Below, piece by piece: positions 1 through 9,213 of a stretch of 64,000 nt of DNA. Source of the DNA: a virus (taxonomy: Duplodnaviria; Caudoviricetes); the IMG/VR virus record IMGVR_UViG_3300044816_000060, positions 2,080-66,079 of that record; one strand, written 5' to 3'. Within the stretch, counting starts at the first letter, position 1, and every line of letters starts with the position of its first letter. The notes beneath the pieces were generated by a model. It had not been told where the DNA came from. It searched no databases and saw only the letters and a list, made by a program, of their open reading frames with translations. The position numbers were made by a program, and so were the translations under genes.

Positions 1-26
1 GGCCAACGCCTCGCCGTGCTCGTCGA

Positions 27-461
27 TCAGCTTGACGAGCTGGAGGCTTCCCCCGGCTGCGCCTCACCCTGATACACGTTGAACGTCTCGATCAGCTTCT
101 CCTGGTCGAGCCGGCCCGGCCACGCCTTCCATGCGTCCTTGTCGGCCGCCGCGCTACCCAGGTAGCGGCCGATCGCGCCCAACAGCTTGTAGAACGCCGA
201 CGCCTTCTCGGCGTTCAACGTCTGCCCCTTCTTCAACTTACCGGACTGCTTCTCCAGCTCCACGATCTCGCCGAGAATCAGAGCGGCCTGGGCCCGATCC
301 TCCCACTCCATCCGGTGCGGGGGCCGCAGCTCGGGGCAGCCGTCCGGGTAGACGAGTTTCCCGTCGGCCAGCTTCGCGTCCGCCGCCAACTGATCAGTCA
401 GGGACGCCTTCGCCCCGTCAGCGGTCCCCGGGGGGACCTGGAACGTCTCGATGCTCATCAC
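27..461 (-). CDS. tail assembly chaperone (pre-frameshift form)
   Basis: Follows major tail gene; ends ...EAQPGEASSSSS with GGGGGAA slippery site; -1 frame is open to the window edge (GSLQLVKLIDEHGEALA). Confidence 0.9.
   Translation of the reverse strand: MMSIETFQVPPGTADGAKASLTDQLAADAKLADGKLVYPDGCPELRPPHRMEWEDRAQAALILGEIVELEKQSGKLKKGQTLNAEKASAFYKLLGAIGRYLGSAAADKDAWKAWPGRLDQEKLIETFNVYQGEAQPGEASSSSS
48..54 (-). other. programmed -1 frameshift site GGGGGAA
   Basis: ttccccc on + strand; the heptamer used in actinophage tail chaperone G/GT pairs. Confidence 0.9.
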
Positions 462-548
462 GCGGGTTCTCCGTCATCTTCGGGCGCGGGTTGTAAGGTG
501 GTCGACCGGCCGGTGAACCCGCGTGGAACCCCGGCCGGCCTACCTCTC

Positions 549-1409
549 TTACGGGCCGCCAGGCGTGGTGGTGGTGACCGCCACGGCCGGGGACGTGCCA
601 CCGGTGAACGAACCGGTCGCGGTCATCTGCGCCACGTCGGCGTCCTCCAGGCTGCCCTGGAACGTGACCACGTACGGGGTGGCCGGCCCGGGACCACCGG
701 TGACGACGACGTCGTTGTTGCCGATGTTCGACAGGGCCCGCAAAGCCGTCTGCACAGCCGTGGCGGTCGCGTTCCACGCGATGGCACTGGTCGTCTGCCC
801 GGAGTAGGTCAACGTGAAACTACCGCCGGTCGGGGTACCGGTGATCGTGACCGTCTGAACCTCGTTCGTCAACGCGCCCACGTCGGCGCCATAGAACTCC
901 ATCAGGTTGGACCCGGTCACACCCAGGACGGTCGCCCGGATCGGCCACTCCATGAACTCCTGCGTGTCCAACTGGACATCGTCGTCGGAGGCGATCGACA
1001 CCTTCGGCACGTAGAACGGGAACTCGTTCGCCCCGTCCACAATCCTCACGAACAACGCGGCATCCTGCGACACCGCGTTGATCGGCACCCCGAACACCCC
1101 GGCCACCGAAATGTCCCCACCTCCGAAGTAGAGGCGGAACGTGTCGTTCGACCACTGCAACAGCACCAGGGTGACGGCGAAGAACACCGGGTCACGCTGG
1201 TTTCTCAGCGCGGGGTTCTGCCAGGTGCCCTTGATGTTCGAGTCCCCGCCGTCGCGGGCGATGGTGAGGCCGTTGCCCTCACTGGTGTGCCCGAGCGAAC
1301 TCCACGGCGACTCAGGGTCGGTCAGGGTGACAGGCTTCGGGGTGCCGACCGGCGCCAGATAGGCGTATCCGGTCCCGGGGATTACGGTGGCGGAATCGAG
1401 CATCGGCAT
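549..1409 (-). CDS. major tail protein with C-terminal extension
   Basis: PGTGYAYLAP...LGHTS motifs of actinophage tail tube proteins; position in operon; C-terminal NEVQTVTITGTPTGGSFTLTY module. Confidence 0.9.
   Translation of the reverse strand: MPMLDSATVIPGTGYAYLAPVGTPKPVTLTDPESPWSSLGHTSEGNGLTIARDGGDSNIKGTWQNPALRNQRDPVFFAVTLVLLQWSNDTFRLYFGGGDISVAGVFGVPINAVSQDAALFVRIVDGANEFPFYVPKVSIASDDDVQLDTQEFMEWPIRATVLGVTGSNLMEFYGADVGALTNEVQTVTITGTPTGGSFTLTYSGQTTSAIAWNATATAVQTALRALSNIGNNDVVVTGGPGPATPYVVTFQGSLEDADVAQMTATGSFTGGTSPAVAVTTTTPGGP
564..631. repeat. 68-bp repeat shared with capsid gene (copy 1)
   Basis: 67/68 identical to 3223-3290; encodes QMTATGSFTGGTSPAVAVTTTT. Confidence 0.95.
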
Positions 1410-1500
1410 TTCGGGGTCCTCCTGAATCAGGCCCCGAAATGGGGCTCAGGGCATGCGGAACGCCCGGACGCCAGAGGCGGACGGGTCTGGGGTAGAGCGG

Positions 1501-1926
1501 CTAGCGCGGGTTGCGGATCAGCAGGTCGTAGACAGCGATGTACCTGCCCGCCTCCGGGAACCCGATGTCGGTCTCACGCCGGAAACCGGAAACCTCCACC
1601 CAGCCGGCGATGTGCCCGTACGGGGTCACCATCTGGCCCTTCCAGGCCGCGTACAGGACCGTGGCCACCTGCCGGGACAGCGTGTAGGCGGTAGCGTCGT
1701 CGACCGCCCACACCTGATACGTCATCGAAAACCTGGACAGGTATTCGGGCCGGGTCGAGCTGCCCCCGGCGTGGTGGATGCACACCGCCGGGATCAGCGT
1801 GCGCAACTGGTCCGGGATCTGGGAGTAGACGTTCACCCCGCCCAGACCGGCCCGCAGCAGGTGCAACTGCACGGCGATCCCGTCCACGAACGGCACGGCC
1901 GTCGTGTCCGGGATCAGGGTGGCCAT
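1501..1926 (-). CDS. tail terminator
   Basis: Size, position before major tail gene, C-terminal RY.A.YDLLIR motif. Confidence 0.75.
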   Translation of the reverse strand: MATLIPDTTAVPFVDGIAVQLHLLRAGLGGVNVYSQIPDQLRTLIPAVCIHHAGGSSTRPEYLSRFSMTYQVWAVDDATAYTLSRQVATVLYAAWKGQMVTPYGHIAGWVEVSGFRRETDIGFPEAGRYIAVYDLLIRNPR

Positions 1927-1928
1927 GG

Positions 1929-2048
1929 TGCGGCCTGGAGTCCCACGCCGACCTCGTCGGCGCGGTGAACGTACTCAGGGCCGGGCTGGTCCTGCATGCC
2001 GCGCAAGCGGCATGAGAAGCCGGTGCCTTCAGGCATCGGAGGAGTCAC
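1929..2048 (+). mobile_element. IS200/IS605-family relic: tnpB 3' end plus right end (omega-RNA scaffold region)
   Basis: + frame reads CGLESHADLVGAVNVLRAGLVLHAAQAA* (TnpB C-terminus); hairpins catgccgc-GCAA-gcggcatg and ccggtgcc-ttca-ggcatcgg; ends GGAGGAGTCAC. Confidence 0.85.
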
Positions 2049-2335
2049 CAGAACGCGCCGGTGATGGCGTGGATGCCTTCCACGCCGCGGCCCTGCTTGG
2101 TCGTGTGGCCGAATTCGATGGCCGCGGCCGCGCCACCAGGGTCAACCAGGTTGACGAAAGAATCCGTCACACCGTGGGTGACCGTGATGTGCGCGGCCCC
2201 GGTGCGGTGGTGACCGGACAGAATCGCCTCAGCCCTCCTCGCACCGCCCCGAGCTTCGGACGCCACCGCCTCAACAACGCCAGGAAGATGGGCAACCACC
2301 GAGTCGCAGTCGGCGTTGATCCGCACCGACGCCAT
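2045..2335 (-). CDS. neck/head-tail connector (DUF5403-like)
   Basis: ATG overlaps upstream stop; AAIEFGH...GIHAI motif. Confidence 0.75.
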   Translation of the reverse strand: MASVRINADCDSVVAHLPGVVEAVASEARGGARRAEAILSGHHRTGAAHITVTHGVTDSFVNLVDPGGAAAAIEFGHTTKQGRGVEGIHAITGAFW

Positions 2336-2685
2336 CAGCGTTCCTCCCGCAGATAGACGGTGACGTGGCCGGTGCCCGGCGAGAAGTCCCGGCCCAGCGG
2401 TGCGCCGGTCGGTACGAACCGTCGGCCCTGCCACGTCACCGCCGACCACGGACCGGCCGGCACAGAGCGACCGATCAGGCGATAGTCGACGTCAAGCCGC
2501 TGACCCTCATCCAGGTCCCGCAAGGCCCGCTGCGAGGTGACCGGCTGCATGAACACCCCGGCCACCGTCACCGGGCCGGTGGCCTTCGGCTGGCTCACCG
2601 GGTTACCCCGGCCGTCCACCACCGTCTCCTCGGGGAAGACCTGGACGGTGTCCGGGCCGTTGTCGAGCAGGCTCACAGACACCAC
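2335..2685 (-). CDS. head-to-tail stopper
   Basis: SLLD.GPDTV.VFP...DGRGN, GPWSAVTW.G motifs; synteny. Confidence 0.75.
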   Translation of the reverse strand: MVSVSLLDNGPDTVQVFPEETVVDGRGNPVSQPKATGPVTVAGVFMQPVTSQRALRDLDEGQRLDVDYRLIGRSVPAGPWSAVTWQGRRFVPTGAPLGRDFSPGTGHVTVYLREER

Positions 2686-2686
2686 C

Positions 2687-3160
2687 TCAGCAGTCGTAGG
2701 TGTCGACCGGGAACATCTCGAACCCGAAGCTGTCTTCCATCCACGCCGTATTGCTGGCGTGCAGGTCGCCCCGGGTGGTCGCCTGGATCCACAGACCGGT
2801 CCGACCGGCGGCCCGGCGGATGATCTTCAGTTCTCGCTCGGTGAGGTACATTCCGCCCTCACCGACAGCACCGTTGCGCTGGTAGCTGTAGTCGCCGGCC
2901 GCCTCCGAGGAATAGCCCTCAGGGTTACGGAAGGCCCGCTCGGCGACCCGGATCGTGATGACCCGCACAACCCGCGGCGCGGTGAGGACGGTCGGGTCGT
3001 CCGGGGAGACCCACGTTTGGTGGCCTTCTTCCCGGACGAACTCCGACGCGTCCTCGATCACTGCCGTCGCACGGTCTACATCGGTGTCGGAGTCGATCTC
3101 GCGGCCCAGACGGGCAACGAGATCCTCCACCTTCGCCAGCGGCGGCAGCGTGTCAGCCAC
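2687..3160 (-). CDS. head-to-tail adaptor
   Basis: LAKVEDL.ARLGR...RNPEGYSSE.AGDYSY...MYLT.RE motif. Confidence 0.85.
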   Translation of the reverse strand: MADTLPPLAKVEDLVARLGREIDSDTDVDRATAVIEDASEFVREEGHQTWVSPDDPTVLTAPRVVRVITIRVAERAFRNPEGYSSEAAGDYSYQRNGAVGEGGMYLTERELKIIRRAAGRTGLWIQATTRGDLHASNTAWMEDSFGFEMFPVDTYDC

Positions 3161-3165
3161 TGGGC

Positions 3166-4410
3166 TTAAGCGCCCAGCGTGAGCTTGACCCCGCGAACGA
3201 ACGTTTTGGTGCTGCCCTCAGCCGTGGTGGTGGTGACCGCCACCGCCGGGGACGTGCCACCGGTGAACGAACCGGTCGCGGTCATCTGCGGCGGGTTCAG
3301 CCCGTCCAGGTCCAGGGTGATGGTCACCGCGGTACCCGGCAGAGCGCCGCCGGCGGCCGTGATCTGGTTGGCGGCCAGTGTGGTGCCCGCGACCAGGGCG
3401 GCCTTCACCTGCGCGGCGGTGGCGTTGTACGCGATCGCGGCCGTGGTGTTGCCGTCGTAGGTCAGGGTGAATGAACCGCCAGTCGGCGTGCCGGTCACGG
3501 TGACGGTCTGGACCTCGTTCGACTCCGGCCCGTCGATGATCGCCGAGCAGCCCATGTACAGGTCGACCATGGACCGATCCTGGGCGTTGCGGAAGTCGTA
3601 GTCCTTGATCCACCGCAGGCTGAGCCCGTTCTTGCTCAGGGTCGAGCCGTAGCTGGCGCCGCTGGGCACCTTGGGCGCGATCATGACCGCGCTGTAGGCG
3701 GTGCGGTGGAACGCGTAACCCTCGTCCGGGTTCAACGCCAGGGACACCACCACCTGCGGGAAGCCCGCGATACGGCCGATGGTGGCGTCCCGAAGAGCCG
3801 ACCCGGCACCCGAATCGCCGGAGGCGTCGAACCGACGGAACTGCGGATCCTTCAACAACGCGGCCTCGATCGCCGAACCCACAACCACGACCCGATCACT
3901 CATCGGCACGTGCTCATCGTTGAGGAACCGGCGGGCGTCCACGAACCCGGGGAAGGTGTCCGCCGCCGAGATGGTGGCGGTGTGCGCGTAGGTCGTGTTC
4001 TGCATGACCTTGGCGATCTTGTTCTCAGCGCCCTCGGACACCGCTCGCACCATGGGGGTGAGGATCTGGTCGGCGTAGGAAACGATGTCCAACGTCTCCT
4101 CCTCATCCGTTGTGGGCACCGCCGAGTAGATGGCCTGGTCCAGGGTCACATCGACCTTGGTCTCGACCAGGCTGTCCATCGTGATGATGCCGTCGCCCTC
4201 AGACGCGGTACCTCGAGCACCCCGAAGCGCCCTGGTCCGGGCGGTGGTGCGGGCCGGGACACGGATGGAGACGGTGTCACCGGCGTTGCCGACCCAGTCG
4301 GACGGCTTGGTGGCGTCCGTCCAGACCAGGGACGGGAGAATGATCTCCCGCTGCAACAGGCCCAACGCCATCGCGGTGATCTGCTGGGACTTGACAAAGG
4401 TGTTCGCCAC
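3166..4410 (-). CDS. major capsid protein with inserted module near C-terminus
   Basis: MANTF..., GDTVSIRVP, YAFHRTA, LSLRWIKDYD motifs; follows scaffold gene. Confidence 0.9.
   Translation of the reverse strand: MANTFVKSQQITAMALGLLQREIILPSLVWTDATKPSDWVGNAGDTVSIRVPARTTARTRALRGARGTASEGDGIITMDSLVETKVDVTLDQAIYSAVPTTDEEETLDIVSYADQILTPMVRAVSEGAENKIAKVMQNTTYAHTATISAADTFPGFVDARRFLNDEHVPMSDRVVVVGSAIEAALLKDPQFRRFDASGDSGAGSALRDATIGRIAGFPQVVVSLALNPDEGYAFHRTAYSAVMIAPKVPSGASYGSTLSKNGLSLRWIKDYDFRNAQDRSMVDLYMGCSAIIDGPESNEVQTVTVTGTPTGGSFTLTYDGNTTAAIAYNATAAQVKAALVAGTTLAANQITAAGGALPGTAVTITLDLDGLNPPQMTATGSFTGGTSPAVAVTTTTAEGSTKTFVRGVKLTLGA
3223..3290. repeat. 68-bp repeat shared with major tail gene (copy 2)
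   Basis: 67/68 identical to 564-631. Confidence 0.95.
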
Positions 4411-4479
4411 GGGAACCTCCTAGGTTCATGGGGGCTGGAACCGCTTGGGGCGCCGTGGCGAACGGGCCGTGCGGTGCGC

Positions 4480-5088
4480 CTACCGCCTCGGAAGGAGGGC
4501 GGCGAGCTTCGAGGGGTCGGTTTCGTTCGACCCCTCGTCGGGGTCACCTCCACCACGGAGGCGCTCCCTGGGCTTGCTGGACACAGGCGGCTTGCTGGTG
4601 GCCGGCTCCGGCGCGATCAGCGCGTAGAGCTCCTTCGCGTCCGCTTCGAGCTCAGCATCGGTGTCGCCGTGGAGCCGTTTGGCCACCGCCCGGATCTGGG
4701 CGGGGGTGGCGTGCTCCGGGGCGTGCTCCTCCGCGGACTCGCGTCGCCGCATCGACGACGTGGCCTTGCTCAACTCGGCCTTGAGTGAGTCCCGCTCCTC
4801 CTGGAGTCGCTGGTTCTCGCTCTTGTCCTTGTCCGAGTGCTTGCGCAGCTCGTCCTGAGCCTTCTGCAACTCTGCACGGATCGAATCCCGCTCCTCGCGG
4901 ACGGCGCGCCGGTCCTCTTTGATGCGGTCGAGGGCGCGCTGACCTGCCGGGCTGAGCTGGTCAGCCCCTGGGTCGTCGGCCTCGTCCTTCTTCCCGGCGT
5001 CGTCCTTCGGCTTCTCCAGGAGGCGCTTGGCGTCCTCTTCGGTGATGCCGTCGAGCTCGTCGGTGTCGGTTTCCTTCGTGTCAGCCAT
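4480..5088 (-). CDS. capsid scaffolding protein
   Basis: Acidic coiled-coil; RLHGDT.AELEADA motif; directly upstream of capsid gene. Confidence 0.85.
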   Translation of the reverse strand: MADTKETDTDELDGITEEDAKRLLEKPKDDAGKKDEADDPGADQLSPAGQRALDRIKEDRRAVREERDSIRAELQKAQDELRKHSDKDKSENQRLQEERDSLKAELSKATSSMRRRESAEEHAPEHATPAQIRAVAKRLHGDTDAELEADAKELYALIAPEPATSKPPVSSKPRERLRGGGDPDEGSNETDPSKLAALLPRR

Positions 5089-5154
5089 GGGCTGGTTCTC
5101 CCGTTGCGGGAAGTGCCCGCACGGTGCGCGCGAGCGACATTTGAGGGGCGCCTG

Positions 5155-6036
5155 TCAGGCGCTGAGAAACTCCGGGGGCGCGGCTTCACGGCGGTTCTTG
5201 TCGTGGGCCCTGCGGAACGCGTTGATGGCGTCCTTGCCGCTGTAGCCCTTGGTGGAGCGGTAGTAGAGGCGCTGGAACTCGCGCGCTCTGCCGGGCCAGC
5301 TGGCAGAGCTGGAGTAGACGGCTTCCGCCGTGCAGCAGCAGCCGTCGTGCGCCGGGAACGAGGCCCGCTTCGGCGATCGGTAGACCGGTCCTCGGGACGC
5401 CAGGAGAGCGCAGAACGCGCACGGGTCCGAGTCGGTTACCCGCGCCCAACCCAGCACCGTGTCGTCGGCGTGGATGAGCGTCAGGGCTGTCTCGCGCCCG
5501 CCGTTGAGGACGTGGCGGGACGCCGACCCGGATGCAACGACCAGACCCCGGTCCCTCGCCTGCCGCTCGGCGCGCCCCATCCCGGCCTGGCGCTTCAGCT
5601 CGCCCGGACCGGTCACCAACAGCGACCGTTCAGCGGCACGGTCGAACCCGGCCCAGTCGATGCGCGGCCGAACCGCCTCAGCGCTCTGCCGCTCGGCGTT
5701 GCGCACGTCGCGGAGCACGTCGATAACGAGGTCGTCCGGGATGTCGGGCGCGTGGACATACTCGACCGCCGACGACGGGTGCAGCCTCGCCCGGACAGGG
5801 GCCTCGACGATGCGGAAGTCCTGGAAGTAGCGTTCCGAGCGCCGCGCCGAACGCTGCCGAAACGAACGGATCAACGCCATCGACGCCCGCACCCAGGCCG
5901 GCGCGGTCGCATCCAGGTCGGGCCAGCTCAGAGACGGCCACAGCTGCACGAACTGCGCCAGGAACGCCGCCTTGATGGCGACCTGGTCGAGCCGGTGCTC
6001 CTCGGTGAGCGCCTGGCCTTCCTGGGTGGCGGCCAC
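5155..6036 (-). CDS. capsid maturation/MuF-like protein
   Basis: WARV..DPCAFCALLASRGPVY...AHDGC.C motif between portal and scaffold. Confidence 0.8.
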   Translation of the reverse strand: MAATQEGQALTEEHRLDQVAIKAAFLAQFVQLWPSLSWPDLDATAPAWVRASMALIRSFRQRSARRSERYFQDFRIVEAPVRARLHPSSAVEYVHAPDIPDDLVIDVLRDVRNAERQSAEAVRPRIDWAGFDRAAERSLLVTGPGELKRQAGMGRAERQARDRGLVVASGSASRHVLNGGRETALTLIHADDTVLGWARVTDSDPCAFCALLASRGPVYRSPKRASFPAHDGCCCTAEAVYSSSASWPGRAREFQRLYYRSTKGYSGKDAINAFRRAHDKNRREAAPPEFLSA

Positions 6037-6038
6037 CG

Positions 6039-7439
6039 TCAGGGGACGACGTCAGGAGGGGTCAGGGGCAAGGACGCGGCGTGGCGGTCCAGTTGCGCGG
6101 CCATCTGGTTGATCGGATCCTGTTCCCGGGCTACGGCTTTCCACTCCTGCACGTCCGACTTCTCAATGCCGGGGATGCGGCCCCAAAGCTCGGTAGCCGG
6201 AATGTTCAACATTTGGGCGGCCTTGCCCAGGGCGTCCACCGACTGGGCGAGCGAACGGATCGAGGTGTCCTGCCAGGTGACGCGGCCGGTCAGGTCGTCG
6301 GCGTGCTCGAGGTCGCCGTCGATCAGCGACGCCAGACGCAGCAGCTGGGCGTGAGATGCGCCGGCCGACTGCTGGCGCTCGTACACCTTCTGCTGCTGGC
6401 TGGCCCGGATCATCGCCAAACCCTCCGCCGAGACGTTGATCAGCTTGCCGGTGAGTTCGTGGGTCGGGGTCTGGGTGACCGCCGCGAGGGTCTCCACGTC
6501 GGCCTCGTGCGCGGCGATGAACCCTTGAAGCTGGGTCTCGTCTAGTGTCCACATCTTCGTGTCGATGTCCTCGAACACGATCACGTCGTCCTGTGCGAGC
6601 TTCAACTTGCGCCGGTTGGCGGCCTCCTCAGAGTCCGGCTCGGACAGGCCGGCGATGACCTTGATCTTCCAGCTGTTGAAGTGCTGCACCAACATCCGGT
6701 CGTAACTGGTCTTGTTGATCCGGGATGCGATTGGGATGTGCGGCTCGATCTCCCCCGGCGTGCGACCGTCCAGGTCGAGCTGGTTGGTGTACCGCACCAC
6801 CGGGCACACGCCCGCGCCGTGCTCCTGCGGCTCGCTGACCGTGTACGGCTCCTGGGTGCCGTTCAGGCCCTTCGCCTCGGTCAGGGTGTACACGAACTCA
6901 TCGTCGAACACCTTCACGACGCAGCGGGTCTCGTTGTCGTGCATGACCCGCATGGCCAGGACGGGCCAGTCGTCCTCGGCCGGGTCCTCGTAGACCGCCC
7001 ACATCTTGCGGGGGCTCACACCGCGCAGCACCGGCATCGGGTTGTTCTGGAAGTCGACGCCGGGCAGCGCGGTGGCGTAGCTATAGCCGTAGGCCAGCAT
7101 CGCCCGGTGCACCGCGTTTTGGCGCACATTCCACCGGTTCGCCGTCCACGTCTTCCACGGCCCGGACAGCTTGGCCTCGTCATCCGCCGGGTCGAGCTCC
7201 GAGCGGTAACCGTCCACGAACATGCACTGGGCGGTGGAGGTGACCACCAGCCCCAGCCACGGCACCCTGGCCAGCTCACGGAGCGCCTTGTGCTCCCTGG
7301 TCGCCGAGCGCGGCAGAGTGATGTCGTCAGGGCTCCATCGGTACCAGCGGTCAATCAGGTCGAGCTTCTGGCACTCCGCGCGCCAAGCGGGGAGCAGATC
7401 ATCCTTGACCCGTGCGATGAGATCGGCCTTGTCGAGCAC
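6039..7439 (-). CDS. portal protein
   Basis: 466 aa after terminase; EHGAGVCPVVRYTN.LDLDGR.PGEIEP motif. Confidence 0.9.
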   Translation of the reverse strand: MLDKADLIARVKDDLLPAWRAECQKLDLIDRWYRWSPDDITLPRSATREHKALRELARVPWLGLVVTSTAQCMFVDGYRSELDPADDEAKLSGPWKTWTANRWNVRQNAVHRAMLAYGYSYATALPGVDFQNNPMPVLRGVSPRKMWAVYEDPAEDDWPVLAMRVMHDNETRCVVKVFDDEFVYTLTEAKGLNGTQEPYTVSEPQEHGAGVCPVVRYTNQLDLDGRTPGEIEPHIPIASRINKTSYDRMLVQHFNSWKIKVIAGLSEPDSEEAANRRKLKLAQDDVIVFEDIDTKMWTLDETQLQGFIAAHEADVETLAAVTQTPTHELTGKLINVSAEGLAMIRASQQQKVYERQQSAGASHAQLLRLASLIDGDLEHADDLTGRVTWQDTSIRSLAQSVDALGKAAQMLNIPATELWGRIPGIEKSDVQEWKAVAREQDPINQMAAQLDRHAASLPLTPPDVVP

Positions 7440-7443
7440 GGTC

Positions 7444-9213
7444 TCACCACACCTTCCCTGACCTGGGGGGCTTGTCGGCCGCTGCCTTGTTCAGGACCAG
7501 CCGACGGAGCATCCGGGCGCCGACCGCGCAGACCGCGAGGTCCACCTTGCGGGACGATTCACGGTGCTCCTTACCGAGCGACACGCCGTTCTTGTTGGGC
7601 CGCCGCCGGGCGTTGAGGACATGCCCACGCATGGACCGGTCGCCGTCATGGGTGAAGGTCCTGTCCTGCACCTCGGTGCAGAACCGCATCGCGGCCTGAG
7701 TGAACGTCGCCATGCGTTCCGGTGAGCGCATATCCCAGGCGATCGAATGCTGGCGATCACCCGAACGAACCGCCCACACCTCGAGGTCGCGGCCGTAGGT
7801 GCGGTGCCATTCGTCGATGGTCGGCTCCCAGAACCGCTCACCCTCGTCATCGCGGGTATCCGACGGATCAGCAAATAACGCCTGCACCGTGTAGCTGCTG
7901 AACATCGCCGCAACGGAAGCGTCAACCTCGTCGCGCGGAACGATCCAGCCGTAGCCGCGCTCGCCGGCCGGTTTCGACCAGGACCCGATACGGAACACAT
8001 GGCCATCGGAGATCCGGCAGCCAACCAGACCTGTCGTGTCATCGGACTTGGAGCCATCGAAAAACGCCACGATCGGTTCGTCGGGCAGGACCAACTGGTC
8101 CGGGTCGGCGATGGTGTCCCACAGTTGCGGGGTCATCCACGCGTCCTCAGTGGCAGTTATCTGGTTGTACCAGAACCGCCGGGACCGGCTAGGCGGATTC
8201 CGGGGGTCCAGGATCGACTTCACGATCGACTGCGTGTCCAGCCACACCGAGTCACCCCGGATCGTCTCCACGACCTCGGGAGCGTCCTCGGCGGTCAGCG
8301 GAGCGGCGGGATCGGCTTCGATCGAGTCATACAGCTGGCCGGTGTCCGCGCACTTGCCGGCCAGGGAGTTCTCGTAGGCTTCACGGTCACGCTCGGCGAC
8401 GCTGTCCTCGCCAGGCTCGTAGGCGTTGGTGATCCGGCCGACCCGCGACGTGCCGCCGGGGGCCTTCGTCGCGTTGCGCTCGATCACGTCGGCCATCTCG
8501 TGGCCGTTGTTCGAGGAGTTCCAGTGCTGCGACTCGTTACACGTCGTGTCCGTCGCCCGCGCACCCTCCAGCGTGGCCGGCGAGGACGTCACAGCCTGCA
8601 TGAACCGGGTCCCACCAAGGGCATACACCGTCTCCTTGCCCATCTGGATCTTGAACTCGCGCTTGGCCCCTTCGGTGACCATGCCGGGGAGCAGTCGCAT
8701 CGTGTTCTTCGTCTGCTCGAGGCTCACAGCCGCCGTTTGAACCCACGCGTCCGGGTTGTCGCGCCCGACCGGCTGCCCCTTGTCCCAGTCGTCCATCCGG
8801 CACGGACCCAGCAGCTCGAACATCGCCTTGGCCGCCGCCAGCGGGTCCTTACCCCACCCCTTGAGCCGCTGCAGCACGTAATCGCGGTAGGTCCACCGGC
8901 CGACCTCGTCGACCGAGTACCAGTGCAGCAGGAACCGGGCCTGCTCCAGCGTGTACTGCCAGTCGACGCCACGGGTGTGCTGCAACCACCGCCCGGACCA
9001 GGCCAAGCACCCCCAACCCAGTGTGCGATCGGGCAACAGCCAGTACTTCTTGCCGTTGACCAACTCGGTCTGCCAGGTCGGACCGATATACACCGGCTTA
9101 AACCGGTACACCGGGAACTCGACGGGCTCACGGAGCTTGCCCCGGTACCAGCTCTCGACCTGCTGAAGGCGCTCCCGCTCGTCCCGAACCCCGGCGGAAC
9201 GCGCGACGGCCAT
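7444..9213 (-). CDS. terminase large subunit
   Basis: LQRLKGWGKDP Walker A; FFDGSKSDD nuclease motif; KVDLAV. Confidence 0.95.
   Translation of the reverse strand: MAVARSAGVRDERERLQQVESWYRGKLREPVEFPVYRFKPVYIGPTWQTELVNGKKYWLLPDRTLGWGCLAWSGRWLQHTRGVDWQYTLEQARFLLHWYSVDEVGRWTYRDYVLQRLKGWGKDPLAAAKAMFELLGPCRMDDWDKGQPVGRDNPDAWVQTAAVSLEQTKNTMRLLPGMVTEGAKREFKIQMGKETVYALGGTRFMQAVTSSPATLEGARATDTTCNESQHWNSSNNGHEMADVIERNATKAPGGTSRVGRITNAYEPGEDSVAERDREAYENSLAGKCADTGQLYDSIEADPAAPLTAEDAPEVVETIRGDSVWLDTQSIVKSILDPRNPPSRSRRFWYNQITATEDAWMTPQLWDTIADPDQLVLPDEPIVAFFDGSKSDDTTGLVGCRISDGHVFRIGSWSKPAGERGYGWIVPRDEVDASVAAMFSSYTVQALFADPSDTRDDEGERFWEPTIDEWHRTYGRDLEVWAVRSGDRQHSIAWDMRSPERMATFTQAAMRFCTEVQDRTFTHDGDRSMRGHVLNARRRPNKNGVSLGKEHRESSRKVDLAVCAVGARMLRRLVLNKAAADKPPRSGKVW

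Noticed and set aside
1929-2048. Complete IS605 element or tnpB gene
   Set aside because: Only 28 codons and the right end are present; no start codon, tnpA or left end.
564-3290. DGR template/variable repeat pair
   Set aside because: The single mismatch is G/C rather than adenine-specific, and I recognise no reverse transcriptase.
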